Sequence record: OZ335960.1
Strand: one strand, 5' to 3'
Source of the DNA: a phage
DNA: 64,000 nt
Positions 1-12,834 of the stretch are shown in pieces. The notes beneath the pieces are model-generated. The model saw nothing but the letters and a program-made list of their open reading frames with translations, did not search any database and was not told the origin of the DNA. Every line of letters begins with the position of its first letter. Positions within the stretch are counted from its first letter, which is position 1. Both the position numbers and the translations under genes were made by a program.

Positions 1-1836
<1,836 letters not shown>

Positions 1837-1864
1837 TATTAAAGCATATTAAAGAGGATTAAAA

Positions 1865-3844
1865 ATGACTTTATTATCTCCGGGCATTGAGCTCAAAGAA
1901 ACTACGGTTCAAAGCACCGTGGTTAATAACTCTACTGGTACAGCAGCTTTGGCCGGTAAATTCCAGTGGGGTCCTGCTTTTCAAATTAAACAGGTTACAA
2001 ATGAAGTAGATTTAGTTAATACTTTTGGTCAACCTACAGCTGAAACTGCTGACTATTTTATGTCTGCAATGAATTTCTTACAATACGGAAATGATTTGCG
2101 AGTTGTGCGTGCTGTCGATAGAGATACCGCTAAAAACTCATCTCCGATTGCCGGTAATATTGAATACACTATTTCTACCCCAGGTAGTAACTACGCGGTT
2201 GGAGATAAAATCACGGTTAAGTATGTTTCAGAAGATGTTGAAACAGAATGTAAAGTTACCGAAGTAGATGCTGATGGAAAAATTAAGAAAATTAATATTC
2301 CTACCGCAAAAATTATCGCTAAAGCGAAAGAAGTAGGCGAATATCCAGCATTAGGTTCTAACTGGACCGCGGAAATTTCTTCGTCTTCCTCTGGTTTAGC
2401 TGCAGTAATAACTCTTGGAAAAATTATTACTGATTCTGGTATTTTATTAGCTGAAATTGAAAATGCTGAAGCTGCTATGACAGCTATTGACTTTCAAGCA
2501 AATCTCGAAAAATATGGAATTCCAGGAGTAGTAGCTCTTTATCCAGGCGAGTTGGGCGATAAAATCGAAATTGAAATCGTATCTAAAGCTGACTACGCAA
2601 AAGGTGCTTCTGCATTACTTCCAATTTATCCAGGTGGCGGAACACGCGCATCTACTGCCAAAGCAGTGTTTGGATATGGACCACAAACTGATTCACAATA
2701 CGCTATTATAGTTCGTCGCAACGATGCTATTGTTCAAAGCGTTGTTCTTTCAACAAAGCGTGGTGAAAAAGATATTTACGATAGTAACATCTATATTGAT
2801 GACTTTTTCGCAAAAGGTGGTTCAGAATATATTTTCGCAACTGCACAAAACTGGCCAGAAGGCTTCTCTGGAATTTTAACTCTGTCCGGTGGATTATCAT
2901 CAAATGCTGAAGTAACAGCAGGAGATTTGATGGAAGCTTGGGATTTCTTTGCTGACCGCGAATCTGTTGATGTTCAGTTGTTTATTGCGGGTTCTTGTGC
3001 CGGTGAATCTTTAGAAACAGCATCTACTGTCCAAAAACACGTCGTTTCAATTGGGGATGCTCGCCAAGATTGCTTAGTACTGTGCTCACCACCGCGTGAA
3101 ACTGTCGTTGGAATTCCTGTAACTCGTGCTGTTGATAACTTAGTCAATTGGAGAACCGCAGCAGGTTCATACACTGATAATAACTTTAATATCAGTTCAA
3201 CCTATGCAGCAATTGATGGTAACTACAAGTATCAGTATGACAAATATAATGATGTGAATCGTTGGGTTCCATTAGCAGCTGATATTGCTGGTTTATGCGC
3301 AAGAACAGATAACATTTCTCAGACTTGGATGTCTCCAGCTGGTTATAATCGTGGCCAGATTCTTAACGTTATTAAACTTGCTATTGAAACTCGCCAGGCG
3401 CAGCGTGACCGTTTATATCAAGAAGCTATCAACCCAGTAACTGGTACAGGTGGTGATGGTTACGTATTGTATGGTGATAAAACAGCTACTTCTGTTCCTT
3501 CTCCATTTGATCGTATTAACGTTCGTCGTCTGTTTAATATGTTGAAAACGAATATCGGACGTAGTTCAAAATATCGTTTGTTCGAATTAAACAACGCGTT
3601 TACTCGTTCATCGTTCCGCACAGAAACTTCCCAGTACTTACAGGGAATTAAAGCTCTCGGTGGAATTTATGAATATCGTGTAGTTTGCGATACAACAAAT
3701 AACACTCCGTCAGTAATTGATAGAAATGAGTTTGTTGCAACATTCTACATCCAACCGGCTAGAAGCATTAACTACATTACCTTAAACTTCGTAGCAACTG
3801 CTACTGGTGCAGATTTCGATGAGTTAACTGGTCTTGCAGGTTAA
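1865..3844 (+). CDS. 18: Tail sheath protein gp18
   Basis: 659-aa ORF, same length as T4 gp18; conserved position 17-18-19. Confidence 0.95.
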   Translation: MTLLSPGIELKETTVQSTVVNNSTGTAALAGKFQWGPAFQIKQVTNEVDLVNTFGQPTAETADYFMSAMNFLQYGNDLRVVRAVDRDTAKNSSPIAGNIEYTISTPGSNYAVGDKITVKYVSEDVETECKVTEVDADGKIKKINIPTAKIIAKAKEVGEYPALGSNWTAEISSSSSGLAAVITLGKIITDSGILLAEIENAEAAMTAIDFQANLEKYGIPGVVALYPGELGDKIEIEIVSKADYAKGASALLPIYPGGGTRASTAKAVFGYGPQTDSQYAIIVRRNDAIVQSVVLSTKRGEKDIYDSNIYIDDFFAKGGSEYIFATAQNWPEGFSGILTLSGGLSSNAEVTAGDLMEAWDFFADRESVDVQLFIAGSCAGESLETASTVQKHVVSIGDARQDCLVLCSPPRETVVGIPVTRAVDNLVNWRTAAGSYTDNNFNISSTYAAIDGNYKYQYDKYNDVNRWVPLAADIAGLCARTDNISQTWMSPAGYNRGQILNVIKLAIETRQAQRDRLYQEAINPVTGTGGDGYVLYGDKTATSVPSPFDRINVRRLFNMLKTNIGRSSKYRLFELNNAFTRSSFRTETSQYLQGIKALGGIYEYRVVCDTTNNTPSVIDRNEFVATFYIQPARSINYITLNFVATATGADFDELTGLAG

Positions 3845-3860
3845 TACGGTGCATTCTAAA

Positions 3861-3878
3861 GGCCTGTTTCGGCAGGCC
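3861..3878 (+). terminator. Hairpin GGCCTG-TTTCGG-CAGGCC after gene 18
   Basis: 6-bp GC-rich stem; no T-tract, so it may act as attenuator or RNA-stability element. Confidence 0.4.
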
Positions 3879-3879
3879 A

Positions 3880-3887
3880 TATAAATA
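3880..3887 (+). promoter_or_regulatory. Late promoter box TATAAATA (gene 19 upstream, distal)
   Basis: Exact TATAAATA right after the post-gene-18 hairpin. Confidence 0.45.
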
Positions 3888-3948
3888 CACTATATCCTTA
3901 ATTCTTTAATTCTATATGCCCTAGGTTAAACATAGGGATATAAATACT

Positions 3949-3956
3949 ACAGAGGC
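3949..3956 (+). promoter_or_regulatory. Late promoter box TATAAATA (gene 19)
   Basis: Exact TATAAATA 5 bp upstream of the gene 19 ATG region. Confidence 0.5.
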
Positions 3957-3960
3957 TAAT

Positions 3961-4452
3961 ATGTTTGTAGATGATGTAACACGAGCGTTTGAATCTGGTG
4001 ATTTTGCTCGACCTAACTTATTCCAAGTAGAAATTTCTTATCTTGGACAAAATTTTACGTTTCAATGTAAAGCCACTGCTTTACCAGCTGGTATTGTAGA
4101 AAAAATTCCAGTCGGTTTTATGAACCGTAAAATTAACGTAGCAGGCGATCGTACATTCGATGACTGGACTGTTACAGTAATGAACGATGAGGCACATGAT
4201 GCTCGCCAGAAGTTTGTTGATTGGCAAAGCATTGCCGCCGGGCAGGGGAACGAAATTACTGGTGGAAAACCAGCAGAGTATAAAAAGAGCGCTGTTGTTC
4301 GCCAATATGCTCGTGACGCTAAAACTGTAACAAAAGAAGTCGAAATTAAAGGCCTGTGGCCTACTAACGTGGGTGAACTTCAGTTAGATTGGGATTCAAA
4401 CAATGAAATCCAAACCTTTGAAGTAACTCTTGCTCTCGATTATTGGGAATAA
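3961..4452 (+). CDS. 19: Tail tube protein gp19
   Basis: 163-aa ORF, T4 gp19 length and synteny. Confidence 0.93.
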   Translation: MFVDDVTRAFESGDFARPNLFQVEISYLGQNFTFQCKATALPAGIVEKIPVGFMNRKINVAGDRTFDDWTVTVMNDEAHDARQKFVDWQSIAAGQGNEITGGKPAEYKKSAVVRQYARDAKTVTKEVEIKGLWPTNVGELQLDWDSNNEIQTFEVTLALDYWE

Positions 4453-4484
4453 AATGAATGGGGAGAAATCCCCATCCTGCTTAA

Positions 4485-6109
<1,625 letters not shown>

Positions 6110-6110
<1 letters not shown>

Positions 6111-6367
6111 TGGAAGGTTTAATTGAAGCTATTAAATCAAACGACCTCGTAGCCGCTCGTAAATTCTTTGCTGAAGCCATGGCTGCAAGAACGATTGATT
6201 TAATTAAAGAAGAAAAAATCGCTATCGCTCGTAATTTCTTAATCGAAGGTGAAGAACCTGATGATGAGGATGACGAAGACGAGGATGATGACGAAGATAG
6301 CGATGATAAAGACGACAAAAAAGACAAAGACTCTGACGAAGATGACGAAGACGAGGATGATGAATAA
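6110..6367 (+). CDS. 67: Prohead core protein gp67 (acidic C-terminal tail)
   Basis: 85-aa ORF with poly-D/E tail, between 20 and 68 as in T4. Confidence 0.8.
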
Positions 6368-6792
6368 TGCTTCTGATCCCTGAAACTCATGAATTAGTTC
6401 TCGAGAATGTCGAAGCACTTATTCCTGAAGCACAGGGTCGCTTTGACGAATTGTCTTCTGCTTTAAATAAAGACGATATAAATACAATTGTCGAGAATAT
6501 GCTTGATGATGAAACTGATTTAGCGATTGCATTAGCTTCTATTAATGAAGATATGCCGCTAAATGAATTCATCGTTAAACATGTTTCTGCTCGTGGTGAA
6601 ATTACACGTACCAAAGACCGTAAAACGCGTGAACGTAATGCATTTCAAACCACCGGGCTGTCTAAAGCAAAACGTAGACAAATTGCTCGCAAAGCTACCA
6701 AAACGAAGATTGCCAATCCAGCAGGTCAATCTCGTGCTCAGCGTAAGCGTAAAAAAGCTCTTAAACGCCGTAAAGCATTAGGATTAAGCTAA
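6367..6792 (+). CDS. 68: Prohead core protein gp68
   Basis: 141-aa ORF, position between 67 and 21; basic C-terminus. Confidence 0.8.
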   Translation: MLLIPETHELVLENVEALIPEAQGRFDELSSALNKDDINTIVENMLDDETDLAIALASINEDMPLNEFIVKHVSARGEITRTKDRKTRERNAFQTTGLSKAKRRQIARKATKTKIANPAGQSRAQRKRKKALKRRKALGLS

Positions 6793-7430
6793 TGAATGAA
6801 CCCCAATTACTAATTGAAACTTGGGGTCAACCTGGCGAAATTATTGATGGCGTGCCAATGCTTGAATCTCATGATGGAAAAGACCTAGGTTTAAAACCTG
6901 GTTTATACATCGAAGGAATATTCATGCAAGCGGAAGTCGTCAATAGAAATAAACGTCTTTATCCAAAACGCATATTAGAAAAAGCGGTAAAAGACTATAT
7001 CAATGAGCAAGTTTTAACTAAACAAGCTCTCGGAGAATTAAATCATCCTCCACGCGCTAATGTTGACCCGATGCAAGCCGCTATCATTATAGAAGATATG
7101 TGGTGGAAAGGAAATGACGTATACGGACGAGCTCGTGTTATTGAAGGTGACCATGGTCCTGGAGATAAATTAGCAGCTAATATTCGTGCCGGATGGATTC
7201 CAGGAGTTTCTTCTCGTGGATTAGGTTCATTGACTGACACAAATAAAGGTTATCGTATCGTAAACGAAGGATTCAAATTAACTGTAGGTGTTGATGCAGT
7301 ATGGGGTCCAAGTGCTCCAGATGCATGGGTAACTCCTAAGGAAATTACCGAATCACAGACGGCGGAAGCCGATACAAGTGCCGATGACGCCTATATGGCT
7401 CTCGCAGAGGCCATGAAAAAAGCGTTATAA
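6792..7430 (+). CDS. 21: Prohead core protease gp21
   Basis: 212-aa ORF, T4 gp21 length and position. Confidence 0.9.
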   Translation: MNEPQLLIETWGQPGEIIDGVPMLESHDGKDLGLKPGLYIEGIFMQAEVVNRNKRLYPKRILEKAVKDYINEQVLTKQALGELNHPPRANVDPMQAAIIIEDMWWKGNDVYGRARVIEGDHGPGDKLAANIRAGWIPGVSSRGLGSLTDTNKGYRIVNEGFKLTVGVDAVWGPSAPDAWVTPKEITESQTAEADTSADDAYMALAEAMKKAL

Positions 7431-7433
7431 ATA
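7426..7433 (+). promoter_or_regulatory. Late promoter box TATAAATA (gene 22)
   Basis: Exact match overlapping the gene 21 stop, ~30 bp upstream of gene 22. Confidence 0.55.
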
Positions 7434-7460
7434 TTATTATCTAAACAACAGGACTACAAA

Positions 7461-8270
7461 ATGCTTAAAGAACAACTGATTGCTGAAGCGCAAAAAATTG
7501 ATGCTTCCGTTGCTCTTGATAGTATTTTCGAATCAGTTAATATTTCTCCGGAAGCAAAAGAAACTTTCGGCACTGTATTCGAAGCTACCGTCAAGCAGCA
7601 CGCCGTTAAATTAGCTGAATCTCATATCGCTAAAATTGCTGAAAAAGCAGAAGAAGAAGTAGAAAAAAATAAAGAAGAAGCCGAAGAAAAAGCTGAGAAG
7701 AAAATCGCTGAGCAAGCTTCTAAATTCATCGACCATCTTGCGAAAGAATGGCTCGCTGAAAATAAATTAGCAGTTGATAAAGGCATCAAAGCCGAACTGT
7801 TTGAATCCATGCTTGGTGGATTAAAAGAGCTCTTTGTTGAACACAACGTTGTTGTTCCAGAAGAATCAGTTGATGTTGTAGCTGAAATGGAAGAAGAGCT
7901 GCAAGAACATAAAGAAGAATCAGCTCGTCTGTTCGAAGAACTCAATAAGCGTGACGCATATATCAATTATGTGCAGCGTGAAGTGGCATTGAGCGAAAGT
8001 ACTAAAGATCTGACTGAGTCTCAAAAAGAAAAAGTCTCTGCTCTGGTCGAAGGTATGGATTATTCAGATGCATTCTCAAGTAAATTGAGTGCCATCGTAG
8101 AAATGGTGAAGAAGTCTAATAAAGATGAAAGCACTATTACTGAGGGTATAAATACTCCTGATACTGAAGCAGCCGGACTGAATTTCGTCACTGAAGCTGT
8201 AGAAGATAAAGCTGCACCTGGTGCAGAAGATATTGTAAGTGTATATGCGAAAGTCGCATCTCGTTTCTAA
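7461..8270 (+). CDS. 22: Prohead core scaffold protein gp22
   Basis: 269-aa highly charged coiled-coil-like protein immediately upstream of major capsid gene. Confidence 0.9.
   Translation: MLKEQLIAEAQKIDASVALDSIFESVNISPEAKETFGTVFEATVKQHAVKLAESHIAKIAEKAEEEVEKNKEEAEEKAEKKIAEQASKFIDHLAKEWLAENKLAVDKGIKAELFESMLGGLKELFVEHNVVVPEESVDVVAEMEEELQEHKEESARLFEELNKRDAYINYVQREVALSESTKDLTESQKEKVSALVEGMDYSDAFSSKLSAIVEMVKKSNKDESTITEGINTPDTEAAGLNFVTEAVEDKAAPGAEDIVSVYAKVASRF
8147..8154 (+). promoter_or_regulatory. Late promoter box TATAAATA (gene 23 promoter inside gene 22)
   Basis: GGGTATAAATACTCCTGATACTG inside the 3' end of gene 22, where I recall the T4 P23 late promoter. Confidence 0.6.
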
Positions 8271-8288
8271 TTTTAAAGGTTAACACAA

Positions 8289-9854
8289 ATGACTATCAAA
8301 ACTAAAGCTGAACTTTTGAACAAATGGAAGCCATTACTGGAAGGTGAAGGTTTACCGGAAATTGCTAATAGCAAACAAGCGATTATCGCTAAAATCTTTG
8401 AAAACCAGGAAAAAGATTTCCAGACAGCTCCAGAATATAAAGACGAAAAAATCGCTCAGGCGTTCGGTTCTTTCTTAACAGAAGCTGAAATCGGTGGTGA
8501 CCACGGTTACAACGCTACTAACATCGCTGCTGGTCAGACTTCTGGCGCAGTAACTCAGATTGGCCCAGCTGTTATGGGTATGGTACGTCGTGCTATTCCT
8601 AACCTGATTGCTTTCGATATTTGTGGTGTTCAGCCGATGAACAGCCCGACTGGCCAGGTATTCGCACTGCGCGCAGTATATGGTAAAGACCCAATCGCTT
8701 CCGGTGCTAAAGAAGCATTCCATCCAATGTATGGTCCAGATGCAATGTTCTCCGGTCAGGGTGCTGCTAAGAAATTCCCAGCTCTGGCTGCTAGCACAGA
8801 AACCGTTGTAGGTGACATCTATACTCACTTCTTCCAGGAAACTGGTACTGTGTATCTGCAAGCTTCTGCTCAAGTAACAATTAGTGCAAGCGCAACTGAC
8901 GCTGCTAAATTAGATGCTGAAATTAAGAAACAAATGGAAGCTGGTGTACTGGTAGAAATCGCTGAAGGTATGGCTACTTCTATCGCTGAACTTCAGGAAG
9001 GTTTCAACGGTTCTACCGATAACCCATGGAATGAAATGGGCTTCCGTATCGATAAACAAGTTATCGAAGCTAAATCTCGTCAGCTGAAAGCTGCTTACTC
9101 TATCGAATTAGCACAAGACCTCCGCGCTGTTCACGGTATGGATGCTGATGCTGAACTGTCTGGTATTCTGGCTACCGAAATCATGCTGGAAATCAACCGT
9201 GAAGTTGTTGATTGGATTAACTACTCAGCTCAGGTTGGTAAATCTGGTATGACCCTAACTCCGGGTTCTAAAGCTGGTGTGTTTGACTTCCAGGATCCGA
9301 TTGATATTCGTGGCGCTCGCTGGGCGGGTGAATCCTTTAAAGCTCTGTTGTTCCAGATTGACAAAGAAGCAGTTGAAATTGCTCGTCAGACCGGTCGTGG
9401 TGAAGGTAACTTCATTATCGCTTCCCGTAACGTAGTTAACGTTCTGGCTTCAGTTGATACCGGCATTTCTTATGCTGCACAGGGTCTGGCTACCGGCTTT
9501 AACACTGATACTACCAAGTCAGTATTTGCTGGTGTTCTGGGTGGTAAATACCGTGTATATATCGACCAGTATGCTAAACAGGATTATTTCACTGTAGGTT
9601 ATAAAGGTCCGAACGAAATGGATGCTGGTATTTACTACGCCCCATATGTAGCTCTGACTCCGCTGCGTGGTTCCGATCCGAAGAACTTCCAACCGGTAAT
9701 GGGATTCAAAACTCGTTACGGTATCGGTATCAACCCATTTGCAGAATCCGCTGCTCAGGCTCCGGCTTCTCGCATCCAGAGCGGTATGCCTTCTATTCTG
9801 AATAGCCTTGGTAAAAACGCTTACTTCCGCCGTGTATATGTTAAAGGTATCTAA
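8289..9854 (+). CDS. 23: Major capsid protein gp23
   Basis: 521-aa ORF, T4 gp23 length; strong codon bias; followed by strong terminator. Confidence 0.97.
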   Translation: MTIKTKAELLNKWKPLLEGEGLPEIANSKQAIIAKIFENQEKDFQTAPEYKDEKIAQAFGSFLTEAEIGGDHGYNATNIAAGQTSGAVTQIGPAVMGMVRRAIPNLIAFDICGVQPMNSPTGQVFALRAVYGKDPIASGAKEAFHPMYGPDAMFSGQGAAKKFPALAASTETVVGDIYTHFFQETGTVYLQASAQVTISASATDAAKLDAEIKKQMEAGVLVEIAEGMATSIAELQEGFNGSTDNPWNEMGFRIDKQVIEAKSRQLKAAYSIELAQDLRAVHGMDADAELSGILATEIMLEINREVVDWINYSAQVGKSGMTLTPGSKAGVFDFQDPIDIRGARWAGESFKALLFQIDKEAVEIARQTGRGEGNFIIASRNVVNVLASVDTGISYAAQGLATGFNTDTTKSVFAGVLGGKYRVYIDQYAKQDYFTVGYKGPNEMDAGIYYAPYVALTPLRGSDPKNFQPVMGFKTRYGIGINPFAESAAQAPASRIQSGMPSILNSLGKNAYFRRVYVKGI

Positions 9855-9868
9855 TCTTTGACGATTTA

Positions 9869-9899
9869 AGGGACCTTCGGGTCCCTTTAGTTGTTTTTA
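9869..9899 (+). terminator. Rho-independent terminator after gene 23
   Basis: AGGGACC-TTCG-GGTCCCT followed by TTAGTTGTTTTT. Confidence 0.8.
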
Positions 9900-9902
9900 T
9901 GG

Positions 9903-9910
9903 TATAAATA
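9903..9910 (+). promoter_or_regulatory. Late promoter box TATAAATA (gene 24)
   Basis: Exact match between the gene 23 terminator and gene 24 start. Confidence 0.6.
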
Positions 9911-9937
9911 AATCATATAAACCAAAAGGAAAGCGCA

Positions 9938-11221
9938 ATGGCTAAAATCAACGAACTTCTGCGCGAATCAACCACAACGAATAGCAACTCAATCGGTCGC
10001 CCAAATCTCGTTGCTTTGACTCGCGCTACCACTAAATTAATATATTCTGACATTGTAGCAACGCAAAGAACTAATCAACCTGTTGCTGCTTTTTATGGTA
10101 TCAAATACCTTAACCCAGATAACGAATTTACATTTAAAACTGGTGCTACTTACGCTGGTGAAGCTGGGTATGTAGACCGAGAACAAATCACAGAATTAAC
10201 AGAAGAGTCTAAATTAACTCTCAATAAAGGCGATTTATTCAAATATAATAATATCGTTTATAAAGTATTAGAAGATACACCATTTGCTGATATTGAAGAA
10301 AGCGATTTAGAATTAGCTCTTCAGATTGCAATCGTTCTTTTAAAGGTTCGTCTATTTTCTGATGCTGCAGTAACAAGCAAATTTGAAAGCTCTGATAGTG
10401 AAATTGCGGATGCTAGATTCCAGATTAATAAATGGCAAACCGCAGTTAAATCTCGTAAACTTAAAACTGGCATCACAGTTGAATTAGCACAAGATTTAGA
10501 AGCAAATGGATTCGATGCTCCTAATTTCTTGGAAGATTTGCTTGCAACTGAAATGGCGGATGAAATCAATAAAGATATTCTACAGTCTCTGATTACAGTA
10601 TCAAAACGCTATAAAGTTACAGGAATTACTGATACTGGATTCATTGATTTGAGTTATGCATCTGCACCTGAAGCTGGTCGTTCATTATACCGAATGGTGT
10701 GTGAAATGGTTTCACATATCCAGAAAGAATCAACTTATACAGCAACGTTCTGTGTTGCTTCAGCTCGTGCCGCTGCGATTCTTGCTGCATCAGGCTGGTT
10801 AAAACATAAACCAGAAGATGATAAATATCTTTCACAAAATGCCTATGGGTTCTTAGCTAATGGTTTACCGCTTTATTGCGATACCAACAGCCCATTAGAT
10901 TATGTAATCGTGGGTGTAGTAGAAAATATAGGTGAAAAAGAAATTGTTGGATCAATTTTCTATGCTCCGTATACAGAAGGCCTTGACTTAGATGACCCTG
11001 AACATGTAGGTGCATTTAAAGTTGTAGTTGATCCAGAAAGTTTGCAGCCATCTATCGGTTTATTAGTTAGATATGCTTTATCTGCAAATCCTTACACTGT
11101 AGCAAAAGATGAAAAAGAAGCAAGAGTAATTGACGGTGGAGACATGGATAAAATGGCGGGTCGTTCAGATTTGTCTGTTTTATTAGGTGTTAAGCTACCA
11201 AAAATTATCATTGATGAATAA
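9938..11221 (+). CDS. 24: Capsid vertex protein gp24
   Basis: 427-aa ORF, gp23 paralog position/length as in T4. Confidence 0.93.
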   Translation: MAKINELLRESTTTNSNSIGRPNLVALTRATTKLIYSDIVATQRTNQPVAAFYGIKYLNPDNEFTFKTGATYAGEAGYVDREQITELTEESKLTLNKGDLFKYNNIVYKVLEDTPFADIEESDLELALQIAIVLLKVRLFSDAAVTSKFESSDSEIADARFQINKWQTAVKSRKLKTGITVELAQDLEANGFDAPNFLEDLLATEMADEINKDILQSLITVSKRYKVTGITDTGFIDLSYASAPEAGRSLYRMVCEMVSHIQKESTYTATFCVASARAAAILAASGWLKHKPEDDKYLSQNAYGFLANGLPLYCDTNSPLDYVIVGVVENIGEKEIVGSIFYAPYTEGLDLDDPEHVGAFKVVVDPESLQPSIGLLVRYALSANPYTVAKDEKEARVIDGGDMDKMAGRSDLSVLLGVKLPKIIIDE

Positions 11222-11224
11222 AAC

Positions 11225-11246
11225 AAAGGGACCGAAAGGTCCCTTT
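11225..11246. terminator. Bidirectional hairpin terminator between gene 24 and rnlB
   Basis: AAAGGGACC-GAAA-GGTCCCTTT with T-runs on both sides; convergent genes. Confidence 0.7.
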
Positions 11247-11250
11247 TTAT

Positions 11251-12255
11251 TTAACTTACCAATTCAATCCAAGCCGGACGAAGTACATCTTGTACCATTT
11301 TAACTAATTCCTTTTTAACCAAAGAAGGACTATCCGCTTGAGTTAGAGTAATACCTTCACGAGAAGTTTCTTCCAAAATATCTTGAACAGTTAGTCCCAT
11401 TACCTTTCCAAAATCTTTTGGACCAATTTCGCCAATTTTAGAAATAACGTTATTTACTCGGTTCAGTGTAACGTAACAAGCTAAAATTCCAACCAATTTG
11501 TTATCAGCTTCTGACAGTTCAACTTTAGCTTTAATAGGCTTATCAGACTTTTTCTTTTCACTAAATTTAGAGTTCTTGCATTTGATGGCTACACGATTGC
11601 GATTAGGCAGCCAAGAAGGATAACAAGGTTTCAATACATATCCTTCAGCGGTAAATACTTCGCCTTTTGCTTCGGCATTCCAAACGCATTTATTTGCATC
11701 AACTAATCCAGCGTGGTCTGCTGCAAAATTATAATCTTGGACGACAGAGTCTAAATCATTTGGCAATTTAATAAGTTCTTCAAATTTACCGCGACCTAAA
11801 AGTGGAGCCATTTTAAATTTAAATGTATTACAGAATGATTCCATCATATAATCATCGACATAAGTCACATCACCACTTTCTGTAGTAACAATAATGTCAA
11901 ATACATAAAAATCTTTATCGCCATAATCGACATTCTTCTGAATGCCAGGTCCGGCGAATTCGCCAAAAACTTGATAAGATACAACCGCTGAAGTTTCCAT
12001 AATATCTTGTACTGCTTTAATGGAATCAGCGTAATTCTTTAAAACAATTTCATACCCAAAGAAATCTTCAGCAGGAAGAATAGGACCAGTGCGTTTAGCA
12101 CAAGTTACTTTATCACGCTCAATAATCAACGAGAAATTTGTGCCATGAATCTTTTCACGAGCTACCCATTCGCCGCCAGTCAATCCTAAACTGTAAAGTT
12201 TTTCAATGAATTTAGAATTGTAATGATTTTCAAGACTGCTATACTTTTTAAACAT
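11251..12255 (-). CDS. rnlB: RNA ligase 2 (Rnl2)
   Basis: 334-aa ORF; nucleotidyltransferase motif KIHGTN (lysine adenylation motif I); same length as T4 Rnl2. Confidence 0.93.
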   Translation of the reverse strand: MFKKYSSLENHYNSKFIEKLYSLGLTGGEWVAREKIHGTNFSLIIERDKVTCAKRTGPILPAEDFFGYEIVLKNYADSIKAVQDIMETSAVVSYQVFGEFAGPGIQKNVDYGDKDFYVFDIIVTTESGDVTYVDDYMMESFCNTFKFKMAPLLGRGKFEELIKLPNDLDSVVQDYNFAADHAGLVDANKCVWNAEAKGEVFTAEGYVLKPCYPSWLPNRNRVAIKCKNSKFSEKKKSDKPIKAKVELSEADNKLVGILACYVTLNRVNNVISKIGEIGPKDFGKVMGLTVQDILEETSREGITLTQADSPSLVKKELVKMVQDVLRPAWIELVS

Positions 12256-12264
12256 AATTAATCC

Positions 12265-12543
12265 TCAAAATGTAATTTCTAACCAATCACCATCACGCTG
12301 ATCACTATTGACTTTAAAGCTAAATCCTTCTTTTCTCAGCCAATCACCAATTTCTTCAGTAATCAATTTATCGCGAGCAGTACAATAATAACTAAAATAT
12401 GTTTTACCTTGCTCAGCTGCTTTATTAGCAAGTTCCGAAAAATCTTTAATAAAACACTCTAGCTTAAACTGTTTACTTTTAAGTGCTTTTTCGCGTAATC
12501 GATTAGCAAAAGATTCATTTTCATAAAGATCATACTGTTCCAT
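12265..12543 (-). CDS. Hypothetical protein (T4 24.2 position)
   Basis: 92-aa ORF between rnlB and hoc; positional inference only. Confidence 0.6.
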   Translation of the reverse strand: MEQYDLYENESFANRLREKALKSKQFKLECFIKDFSELANKAAEQGKTYFSYYCTARDKLITEEIGDWLRKEGFSFKVNSDQRDGDWLEITF

Positions 12544-12745
12544 TTTTCACCTTTTTATTAATATGTCTTTTTCTATAGACAACTTTTTCTCGAGTTTCAA
12601 ATTTATTCTTAGCAGTCATAGCTCGAGCCCATAATACAGCCACTTCTTTTGCCTGTAAGTTCAATTCACGAGCAATTTCAATGAATGACTTTCCAGACTC
12701 ATGAAGAGTAAACACCACAACCTCAGTTCTCATAATCAATCTCAT
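12530..12745 (-). CDS. Hypothetical protein (T4 24.3 position)
   Basis: 71-aa ORF; positional inference only. Confidence 0.55.
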   Translation of the reverse strand: MRLIMRTEVVVFTLHESGKSFIEIARELNLQAKEVAVLWARAMTAKNKFETREKVVYRKRHINKKVKNGTV

Positions 12746-12813
12746 GTTATTGAGTTGGTGCCATTATATACATCATTTTATGAGTGTGTTTTGTGTGCTT
12801 TCAAAATGAAGAA

Positions 12814-12829
12814 AGGGGCAGAAGCCCCT
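12814..12829 (-). terminator. Terminator hairpin after hoc (minus strand)
   Basis: AGGGGC-AGAA-GCCCCT; T-rich on the minus strand downstream. Confidence 0.6.
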
Positions 12830-12834
12830 TATGA

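Noticed and set aside
7622-7966. 114-aa Ser-rich ORF antisense to gene 22
   Set aside because: Lies entirely inside the well-supported gp22 scaffold gene on the opposite strand; compositional artefact of the charged coiled-coil coding sequence.
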